From positions 3,844,001-3,908,000 of the forward strand of contig NC_043020.1 of the NCBI RefSeq assembly GCF_006345805.1: a stretch of 64,000 bases of DNA. Direction: 5' to 3'. Numbering within the stretch: position 1 is the first letter of the stretch; every line of letters begins with the position of its first letter. Below, in pieces: positions 25,215-35,689 of this stretch. A program made the position numbers and the translations under genes. The notes below the pieces were generated by a model. That model made no database searches, had not been told where the DNA came from, and worked only from the letters and a program-made list of their open reading frames with translations. This DNA comes from Octopus sinensis (taxonomy: Eukaryota).

Positions 25215-25500
25215 TTAGCAAAGAAAATTTCTTTTATTACTATCAAAGGCCACAAATGGAAATTCCCCTCCAATCCCAACTCCTGCCTGATTAACCCAAC
25301 TGAATCGGATACGAGGTTGGTGAGTAAACCTATTTTGAGAAAGATCAAAGATGACAAAGATGCCCATCCAGACTCTCCTTATGGCATATATTTTTAAAGA
25401 AGTTATTTCATGGTTGAAAGCAAACCAGGCGAGAGGCAAGGCAAGGTTCACCCAATTCAATAGAGTGGATCCTTATCCATCTACATTGAAAGGAATACTA
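25215..25500 (+). mobile_element. Penelope-like (Naiad-type) RT fragment
   Basis: FITIKGHK..FPSNPNSCLINPTESDTRLVSKPILRKI and VISWLK..ARFTQFNRVDPYPST resemble TLKDHK..NPKCRLINP and FDIxxFYPSI. Confidence 0.6.
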
Positions 25501-25586
25501 GTGCTTATATTAAGACCAGTTTCTTTGGTCTTAAGTTTACAACTAAGACCAATCTTGCTTTTAAGATGTTACACTCAATTTCAGTA

Positions 25587-25641
25587 CAGGGTAGTGTTCA
25601 TGTAAAGAGTTCAGGCCACTCTTTACATGAACACCACCCTG
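25587..25641. mobile_element. 55-bp minimal Tc1/mariner MITE
   Basis: 24-bp TIRs (23/24) CAGGGTRGTGTTCATGTAAAGAGT, 7-nt spacer, TA on both sides. Confidence 0.75.
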
Positions 25642-27632
25642 TACATAACTCCATGTCCCCCTACATGGCCTTGCTTTTTGCTTTTTGAGCCAAAAAATTA
25701 ACTAACTAACTAACTACTCACCTATTGTGTTAGAGAACCTAATGAAGGGTGTCTTTGAATAAAAACATTTCCAATACTGCAGACCCCTATCACACACAAA
25801 AACATAGAGCAAATGCTTCATAATTACATACAAGTATCATAAACAACAACAGATCCTCTAGTTGGTCATACAACCTGCTAGAAATAGCAACCAAATCTAA
25901 CATCACCATATGTCTGCTGTCTTGAAAAGGTAAGGACACATCAGATGATTAGATGATGTAGCCCTTGGTACACAATTGCAAAAGGAAGGACGAGATGGGA
26001 TTGTCAAGGCCAGGTTGTCTTTGAGTGTAGATCCACTGAGTCAGTTTTGATCTATGGTTAAAAAACGTTTTCCAGGCTGTGCTCAGTTTACAAAATTTGC
26101 ACAGAGAGGGATGATGTCCTTTTACGCAGCTTTCACTCTCCTTTCTAATTCATAAATATATATCTACAATAAAAATCCAGTTCTGTCTGTGTGTAAAATA
26201 TTATAATGGCTGTATTTTTTAACTGATTTTCTCCAAACTGGGAACATACATATGTTCCAGGGACAGTTTTAGACTCTTAAAATTTGTCACATAATGTGTA
26301 ACTAGCCCCCTGGGGGGCAGAAAACACCCATTCCTGTGTTACATGGACAAGGGAGGTAACTCTTTGCAAAATAACTTTCAGAAATTGATTGTCTCCCTTA
26401 TATCCATTGGTCAAAAAATTATTACAATCTCAATTAATATATAAAATAGACATGTGTGTGTATTCACTTTTCATGCAAAAACAGCTTCACCAATTGCTTC
26501 CATAGTATATATATAATCGTCCAACCCATGCTAGCATGGAAAGCAGACGTTAAACGATGATGATGATGATGATGATATATATATATCTATATATATATGG
26601 AATCTGTGGAAGATGTAAACCTAGAAAGATGTGGGATGAGGTGGTGAAATATGATCTTCGAATATGATCTCGCAGAGGCAATGACAAGTGACTGAGATTG
26701 CATTTGAATCTGTAGAAGCATTTTCTTAGTCATATAAATTAATGCTAATATTTTTTTTTTTAAACCTGGTACTTATTCAAACAATCTCTTTTGCTGATCT
26801 GCTAAGCTACAGGGTTGTCAAGAAGTGATGGAGGACAAACACGGACACAAAGACACACACACACACATATATATATTCTTTTAAAGCTGTGGCTATGCTG
26901 GTCTTCATTCAGTTTCCATCAACCAAATCCACTCACAAGGCTTTGGTTGGCCTGAGGCCATAGTAGAAGACACTTGCCCAAGGTGTCATGCAGTGGGACT
27001 GAACCCAGAACCATGTGGTTGGGAAGCAAGCTTCTTACCATACAGCTATGTCTGTGCCTCCACACAGCCACCCTTGACCAACCAGATTATCAGATGTTAC
27101 ACATTGCTGGTCACAGTAAGGTGCTTTGCATCGTTTTAGCCTGCTAGTTAGCCAAGCAGACAAAAACATTTCCCCCTGATCGAAAGAGGTACTGGAGCAA
27201 TGTTAAATGAAGGGGTTTGCTTGAGAATACAATGTGCTGCCTGGCCTGGAAGTCAAAGTCACAATCTAGCAATTGTGAGTGCAACATCCAAACCACTAGG
27301 CCACACGCCTATATATACATATATATATCATCATCATCATCATCAGCATCATCGTTTAACGTCCGTTCTCCATGTTAGCATGGGTTGGACGGTTCGACCG
27401 GGGATCTGGGAAGCCAGAAGGCTGCACCAGGCTCCGGTCTTATCTGGCAATGTTTCTACAGCTGGATGCCCTTCTTAACGCCAACCACTCTGTGAGTGTA
27501 GTGGGTGCTTTTTACGTGCCACCTGCACTGGAGCCAGGCGAGGCTGGCATCGGCCACGGTTGGATTAGTGCATTTTACGTGCCACCTGCACGGAAGCCAG
27601 TCGAGAGCATGTATATATATATATATATATTA

Positions 27633-27906
27633 GAAGAAATGAGGTAATCAGAAGATCGGATGGTTCATATTTATAGATATCTATTTATATATTACATTTT
27701 TTACATATATATATCATATCATTCAGATTATTAGCGCTTTCTCCCATTCTAGTGGGGTTTTCAAATCAAATTTGATTTGAAAACCCCACTAGAATGGGAG
27801 AAAGCGCTAATGATCTAAGTGATATGATATATATATAAAAGATGTAATATATAAATAAATATCTATAAATATGAACCATCCGATTTTCAGAGTACCTCAT
27901 TTCTTC
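27633..27906. repeat. ~275-bp spacerless palindrome in (TA)n
   Basis: Centre CAAATCAAA|TTTGATTTG at 27770/27771; arms GAAGAAATGAGGTA... / ...TACCTCATTTCTTC. Confidence 0.9.
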
Positions 27907-27973
27907 ATATATTTAATACCTGTACATCATCTCCAAACATTCCAATATATATATATATATATATATATGGTAG

Positions 27974-28006
<33 letters not shown>

Positions 28007-28013
<7 letters not shown>

Positions 28014-28136
28014 TTAGTGAATTGAAGAAATGGAGTTGAACGAAGATTGAACAGAAATCGTTTTATTGCATTCTACATGTGTTTCGAAAGTCACAATTTA
28101 CCAAATTCCGAATTTCTTCAATTCACTAATAATATT
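28007..28136. repeat. foldback with 25-bp perfect arms and ~80-bp spacer
   Basis: AATATTATTAGTGAATTGAAGAAAT / ATTTCTTCAATTCACTAATAATATT. Confidence 0.85.
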
Positions 28137-28282
28137 AAAATTCAATTATCCGCACCAACGCATGGTTGCAACACCATATGGCTGTACCTCCAACCGTGCT
28201 GTCTTCTGCTGTGATTTTTGCTACCAAGGTATCGGTTAAACTTTTGATTAATCTGCAACAAGATTATTCATCTTTCTATTTC

Positions 28283-28339
<57 letters not shown>

Positions 28340-28354
28340 TAGCGTGTATATATG

Positions 28355-29300
28355 GGTGATCCATTCGGTTTGTTTCATCGTAGTTCACAATATTTGGTAC
28401 AGGTATACTATTTAAGTTCTCAGCTAAATTGTTGAAATACGAGTCTATTGTAAGTCGAGAGACAACGGCTCGTACTCGTTTGATATTTTGTCATATTTGT
28501 TCTCTTAAACTGTCTTAATGTCTCATGAGAAATGCCTCAGCCCAATCTACACCAAGCAATCTACACCCTTTGAATCTTTTCACATCGACACCTCAACGAT
28601 TCAGGTGTCCTTTCACAATCAGTTGCAAATCATAGGAATCCATCAGATAGCCCTAAGAGATGCACAGCACAAGCCTTTGTCCAAGAATTTCCTCCTCATC
28701 TGAAGATAAAACAGTCTGTCTATCTTGATAATTTCCCCCAACTTGATGTGCCGATGAAGAACACTCTCAGGAATTTTGAAGTCCTCTTCTGCTTTTCTGA
28801 GTGTCATTCCATTGGCGACAGCTCTTTTGGTGGCCTCTAGCTGCTCAGGATCTATTTTGGCGTATTTTTTCTTCCCAGGAAGTGGTTTGTACTGTCGCAG
28901 CATGGTGTCCCTTTCCACCCCTACAAAACACCAAAATAGGGGTGAAAGCAGAAATCGGCAGTGGTAAGGATAACAATGGATTTTCCGGGAAATCCGACAC
29001 ATGCACTGTCTTTGGAAACCTGCTGCAAGAGGCTGAGCGGGTCGGAGCACCCTCACTGGTACCCTGCAGAAAGAAAGTTCCGACAACTTTACCTTTTCAT
29101 GACATAAACGAAACTGAGAATTCCAGTTGCCGTGGCTACCGGCAGGGTGATAATATCAAAGTGATCCCATTGAACAAAAATCACATATATGTACCTACAA
29201 AATAACTAGAAAGAAACGATCACAATTTGAGTCGTCTCAACTTTATTGTTCTAAAGTATTTCCTCCCAGTTATTGTCCCAATTCACCCTGGATTACGCTA
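28355..29300 (-). mobile_element. pogo-like DNA transposon 5' part (psq-type HTH + start of DDE domain)
   Basis: YKPLPGKKKYAKIDPEQLEATKRAVANGMTLRKAEEDFKIPESVLHRH; NIVNYDETN. Confidence 0.75.
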
Positions 29301-30479
29301 CGTATATATATGTGTGTGTGTTTGACAAGATCCAACGAGGATTGGATCAAGCCTCCATGTCAGTTGGTGCATAGTTACAATGACCGGATGCCCTTCCCAA
29401 AACCAGCCACTTCCCAGGATGCACCGGATGTTTGCTTTTGTTCACCAGCAAAAGTAATATTGTCAAATAATGTGCAAGACTAAGTGAGGGTATAATTGTA
29501 AGAGGGGGAGGTAGCGTTATGCCATGCGATGAGAGGCTAAAGCAGTGGCCCTTAACTGGGGTCCGTATGGCCCCTGAGGGTCTGTATAAGGGTGTTAGGA
29601 GGATGAGATGTAAGGAATGATTGGGGCAGATTGGATGCAGGGGCAGGGCCCAGCATGTACTGGCATAAACAAAACGTTTTGGGGACCTAGTTTTCACGCG
29701 ATAGCTGTATCTTCAGCACCGAGAATCGCTTATCATCTCATGATAGAATGTTTTATGTGTACGCACATACACTATCATGCGTTTCATAGACATATAGGCA
29801 AAAAAAAAAAAAACTGACAGAAGGCACTCATGTGCATATGCAGGCAACAGAAATAACAACAAAATCATCCTCACATATCATCCTGAATATAAAGATTTAA
29901 AGATTAGGCTGTATGGTTAAGAAATTCGTGTGTGTGTGTGTGTGTTTCAGTCATTGGACTGCGTCCGAACATCCTCGAGTTTTTCCTCATCATATGAACC
30001 CCAGAACTTGTTTCAGTCTATTATTCTATCGACTCAAGTCACGCTTTGACACAAACGGATACAACATACACACACACAAAACACACATGGCACAGAACCA
30101 CGTTTGCTAAATTTTACGGAGTCAACAGGAAGCTACAGAAGACAATTGCCCGAGGAGCCGCGCAATGAGCTTGAAACTGGATCCACGTGGTCGTCTTCAC
30201 ACGCATTAGACGTGTGTGTGTGTGTCGCGCATCTGTGAGGAATCCCAATAGAACCGGTGCATCGAACAAAATAGCCCGTGGTATTTATTCCGTTCGGTTC
30301 GCATAGACACTCTCGTCACCAAGGCTACTTTTTCCCGTAAAAAATGTTACAAAATGAAATAATATCATCTCAGGAGGAACAAGATGGATAATGTAATGGG
30401 TTGGGAAACCGGAATTTTCTCAAACGCAATGTGTTTGATCACAGGTCCACTTGACTCGGAGCTAAATAGCAACACTTAC

Positions 30480-30535
30480 CCATTCAACAAATATTTGTTA
30501 TAAAACATGTTCCGCTCTTCCTGTTTACTCGTAGG
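30480..30535 (-). CDS. weak candidate 56-nt exon (PTSKQEERNMFYNKYLLNG)
   Basis: TCTTCTCTCTTACATTTAG acceptor and GG|GTAAGT donor on minus strand; one open frame. Confidence 0.25.
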
Positions 30536-33130
30536 CTAAATGTAAGAGAGAAGACTATATTTAAAGGTGTTCCTTCGCATCTTCTTACACGGTAATCATG
30601 CATGAGATAATGCACGACTTCAGTATTTAATCTGTTCTTTCCTTATTTAATACGATAGAGTACGGTAAAGAGAGAGCGAGAATTGACTGCTATTTTTAGT
30701 AGACCGAGCGCCCACACAAAAATTCTCCTTGTTTTTTAGTCTTTTGAGTAGCCCTTATAACCAAAGGTATCCAAACATGGGCCGTATTTTCCCATGTGCA
30801 GGGATCCAGGGCCGCATTATTTAGAGTGCTGCTTTTTACTATGGGATGTTGCGGTTTCTAACATAACAAGCGATGACGAGCACCTCGTTGGTTTCTACAC
30901 GTGAAAAGTGTGTGATGCAATAGATAAAACGTTATTGGTGAAATAGTAAATAAGGACATTCTTTAAACTTCATGAAAAAAACTTTAGTATTTACTAAATA
31001 CAAAAACCAGAGAAAATGAAGAGACACTTTACACAAAGACTGTTTTTTTCGCAAAGAAAAACAAATTATTTCATGACTAAATAAACGTATAAAACGAAAC
31101 TAGTCGAAACTCTTCGCAAAACGGATTGCATGTTTTTATTATTAAATTACTTCACAAATAAATTGCAAACGGTTCGAAGAAATGTATAAACATTTCCTAT
31201 TTTACAAACTGTAGTTTTTACTTTTGTTTTTGGTGCGAGTTGATCACCTTTCAGTAGACATTATAAAGTGGCATTGGATAAAAGTTATAATTGCGAACGC
31301 ATGTGGATGTTGTTTCTCCACCAGGTCAGCCAAGACTGAGGAAGCTGGAAGGAATCCAACCATGGCCATATCAACTTCTATTCAGATTTGGAGAAAAGTA
31401 TCGTCTTTTTTCCTAAGTGAAGACGGTGGAGGACGATTTTAAAGGAGACTTTGCTGCTATTTTTAGTGGGTTTTGTGACCACCAAGAGGTTACTTCATTG
31501 ACTCACGTGCAAATATGCGCATCTTATTTAGTAGTAATTAGTAATAGTAGCGAGAAATACAATGTGCTTCAATACACAAGCAGACAATATTTTTATACAT
31601 TATATAAACACAAGGTACCAAAAAAGCAGCGTGTATATGTAGAACCGCTTATATTAAATGCAGAGTCCACATGCCGGAAAATAAAAAGAGAGAAAATAAA
31701 GTCTGGTGCCGCGGTTTTTGCCTTTTACAAGAGAAACGAGAAAATGGGAATTGTGTGAGGTTCTGGGTTTCCTTTTTCTCTTTTTCTTTACCTGGCAATA
31801 AGGATCGTTAATTAAAGTACAGTAAAAGTGAGTTAAGCTACAACCGGGAATCGAAACCGAATCGCGAACTCTAACGGAGTTCCCATTTTCAACAGTGATT
31901 ACAGATAACGAAGAAATTTTTAAAAGACTATGAAATTAAGGACAAATAAATGAAGATAGGAAATTTTTTTTCTTTTTAATACTTACGCTTATTGAAGCTG
32001 CTGGCATATTTAACAAAAGTATAGAAAGAAAGAGAAAGCTAACACGCCATTTTGTATTCCTCTCTCTCTGGCTCACTCTCTTTCTCTCTCTCACTCGCTC
32101 TCTTTCTCTCTCTCGCTCTCTTTCTCTCTCTCACTCACTCTCTTTCTCTCTCTCTCTCACTCATTCTCTGTCATTGCTACCCACGTTTCTTCTCTCGCTT
32201 TCTTCTTTCCCTCTATTCTGTCGTTTTTCCATCGCTGAAAATACATTTATTCTTCTTGAATACCCTTTCTTTCGGCTTCTCTTCCTCATGGGTGACAACT
32301 CACCGTCGAGAACCTATTCCCACCTACGCTCGTCCCTTTTTTTTTTTAACACACGCACAAATATCTGTACATAAAAATTTCTAGCTTCGGCTTCTGTATA
32401 AGGCTACCAGTCCTGAGGGGAGGGCTCGGTTAGATCGATCCCTGTATTCAGTACTTATTTTATCGACCACTAAAGAATGAAAAGTCACGAAAGATCTCGA
32501 CAGGATTTGAACTCACATTGTAAAGAACCGCAACGAAATACCAACGGGCATTTTTTTCTTGGACTCTAACGATTCGGCCAATCCATCATATTCTTTTTCT
32601 CTTTTACTTGTTTCAGTCATTTGACTGCGGCCATGCTGGAGGACCGCCTTTAGCGGAGCAAATCGACCCCAGGACTTATTCTTTGTAAACCTAGTACTTA
32701 TTCTATCGGTCTCTTTGCCGAACCGCTAAGTTACGGGGACCTAAACACACCAGCATCGGTTGTCAAGCGATGATCGGGGGACAAACACAAACGCACAAAC
32801 ATATACACACACCACAAGGCTTTGGTCGGCCCGAGGCTATAGTAGAAGACACTTGCCCAAGGTGCCATGCAGTGGGACTGAACCTGGAACCATATGGTTG
32901 GTGAGCAAGCTACTTACCACACAGCCACTCCTACGCCTATATACACATATATATATATGTGTGTGTGTGTGTGTTTATATATATTATATAAGGGTGCAAA
33001 ATAGCACCTACAATTGCTGGAAATAAGAGCTAAACAATATAACTCGAATAGCCACACAAAAACCACATACATCATGAGATGGTCAAAGGGACTGCGAGCG
33101 ACAAGCCACATAACGTATTTAATTTATCGT

Positions 33131-34070
33131 TAAGGCGGCGAGCTGGCGCCTGGCGAAATGCTTAGCGGTATTTCGTCTGCCGTTACGTTCTGAGTTCAAA
33201 TTCCGCCGAGTTCGACTTTGCCTTTCATCCTTTCGGAGTCGATAAATTAAGTACCAGTTACGCACTGGGGTCGATATAATCGACTTAATCTGTTTGTCTG
33301 TCCTGGTTTGCCCTCTCTGTGTTTAGCCCCTTGTGGGTAGTAAAGAAACAGGTATCTCGTCTGCCGTTACGTTCTGAGTTCAAATTCCGCCGAGTTCGAC
33401 TTTGCCTTTCATCCTTTCGGAGTCGATAAATTAAGTACCAGTTACGCACTGGGGTCGATATAATCGACTTAATCTGTTTGTCTGTCCTGGTTTGCCCTCT
33501 CTGTGTTTAGCCCCTTGTGGGTAGTAAAGAAACAGGTATCTCGTCTGCCGTTACGTTCTGAGTTCAAATTCCGCCGAGTTCGACTTTGCCTTTCATCCTT
33601 TCGGAGTCGATAAATTAAGTACCAGTTACGCACTGGGTCGATATAATCGACTTAATCTGTTTGTCTGTCCTGGTTTGCCCTCTCTGTGTTTAGCCCCTTG
33701 TGGGTAGTAAAGAAATAGGTATTTCGTCTGCCGTTACGTTCTGAGTTCAAATTCCGCCGAGTTCGACTTTGCCTTTCATCCTTTCGGAGTCGATAAATTA
33801 AGTGCCAGTTACGCACTGGGGTCGATATAATCGACTTAATCTGTTTGTCTGTCCTGGTTTGCCCTCTCTGTGTTTAGCCCCTTGTGGGTAGTAAAGAAAC
33901 AGGTATCTCGTCTGCCGTTACGTTCTGAGTTCAAATTCCGCCGAGGTCGACTTTGCCTTTTATTCTTTCTGGTCGATAAATTAAGTGCCAGTTGCGTACT
34001 GGGATCGATTTAATCGACTGGCCCACTTCCCAAAAATTTCGGGCCTTTTGCCATTGAATAGAAAAGAATA
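33131..34070 (+). repeat. head-to-tail array of five SINE family A bodies (~184-bp period)
   Basis: CGTCTGCCGTTACG at 33174, 33358, 33542, 33725, 33909. Confidence 0.9.
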
Positions 34071-34743
34071 TTAATTTATCGTTATATCTTATTGTAGGTA
34101 TATGTATATTAGTATATTTATATGTGTGTGTGTGTGTGTGTGTGTGTACATGCGTGCGCGGAAATATATATTCTTTTACTTGTTTCAGTCATTTGACTGT
34201 GGCCATGCTGGAGCACCGCCTTTAGTCGAACAAATCGGCCCCGGGATTTACTCTTTGTAAGCCTAATACTTATTCTATCGGTCCTTTTGCCGAACCGCTA
34301 TGTTACGGGTACGTAAACACACCAACATCGGTTGTCAAGCGATGTAGGGGGGACAAACACACACATACAAACATATACACACACACATATATATACATAA
34401 ATATATACGACGGGCTTCTTTCATTTTCCATCTACGGCTAGAAATGGAATAGTAGACTCACTTCCTCACAGTATCCGAACACAGATTATGTGTCGGGTGC
34501 CTGCTAAAATGTAGTAACATCGTCCTGCGTAGGACTGCCACGTTACGTTGGCAAACGGACTTCACTATATATTATATAGATACAGGAGTGGCTGTGTGGT
34601 AAGTAGCTTGCCTACCAACCACATGGTTCTGGGTTCAGTCCCACTGCGTGGCATCTTGGGCAAGTGTCTTCTGCTATAGCCTCGGGCCGACCAATGCCTT
34701 GTGAGTGGATTTGGTAGACGGAAACTGAAAGAAGCCTCTCGTA

Positions 34744-34782
<39 letters not shown>

Positions 34783-34915
34783 ATGTTTGTGTGTCTGTTT
34801 GTCCCTCTAGCATTGCTTGACAACCGATGCTGGTGTGTTTACGTCCCCGTCACTTAGCGGTTCGGCAAAAGAGACCGATAGAATAAGTACTGGGCTTACA
34901 AAGAATAAGTCCCGG

Positions 34916-35022
34916 GATTTTTAATGATTTTTGCTCGGGTTATATAAGGGAAGTAACTCTCTAAAAATGCTTATATAGTTATTTCCCTTAGAAACCCGAG
35001 CAACGCCGGGCGATACTGCTAG
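34916..35022 (+). mobile_element. Helitron-type 3' end
   Basis: Subterminal hairpin CCCGAGC-AAC-GCCGGG followed by terminal CTAG then T. Confidence 0.65.
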
Positions 35023-35073
35023 TATATATATATATTTAAATATTTGTTGCGCAATATGACCATTCCGAAATAT

Positions 35074-35150
<77 letters not shown>

Positions 35151-35186
35151 GTATATATATATATACACATATACATATATATACAT

Positions 35187-35245
<59 letters not shown>

Positions 35246-35254
35246 CACACACAC

Positions 35255-35292
<38 letters not shown>

Positions 35293-35428
35293 GTATAAGT
35301 TCAGCAAAATTTAGATTCAGATGAATATGGTACTTAAGTTAAAGGCACCAGAATTTGGTATGGTATTATCCATATAAATCAAATGGGGTGATTATAATCA
35401 AAATAAGCAACAAGGATATCCATGGTAG

Positions 35429-35505
35429 TGTAGTACAATCGTTTCATGCTACTTCATTTTATTAAACCCTCTAAGTATTACATTGTCGAGCAATCTTCAG
35501 CCACA
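35429..35505 (-). ncRNA. type I hammerhead-ribozyme motif (PLE-type)
   Basis: TGTGG-CTGAAGA-(T)TGCT..AGCA(T)-GAAAC-GATT-GTA-CTACA. Confidence 0.7.
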
Positions 35506-35689
35506 TATAGAATTTTTTAATTAAATGGACAATGTATATTTTTATACTTATTTCATTTGCCAACATTACAAAGAGGGTAGATATATAGACAGAGAGATTA
35601 ATTTCATCATTAAGAACATGGCACTAGAAGGTCCTTCTCCATCTGTAGATTTATATATATATATATATAATATAATATATAATACATAA

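Noticed and set aside
31069-31109. Possible A3-U8 hammerhead (TTTC-ATGACTA...GAAAC-TA-GTC-GAAA), which would complete all four 3-8 pairings
   Set aside because: No stem II adjacent to the core (7 unpaired nt), and the segment is explained equally well as a plain GACTA/TAGTC hairpin.
33131-34070. CRISPR-like or satellite regular repeat array
   Set aside because: The units are whole SINE bodies without unique spacers, in a eukaryotic context.
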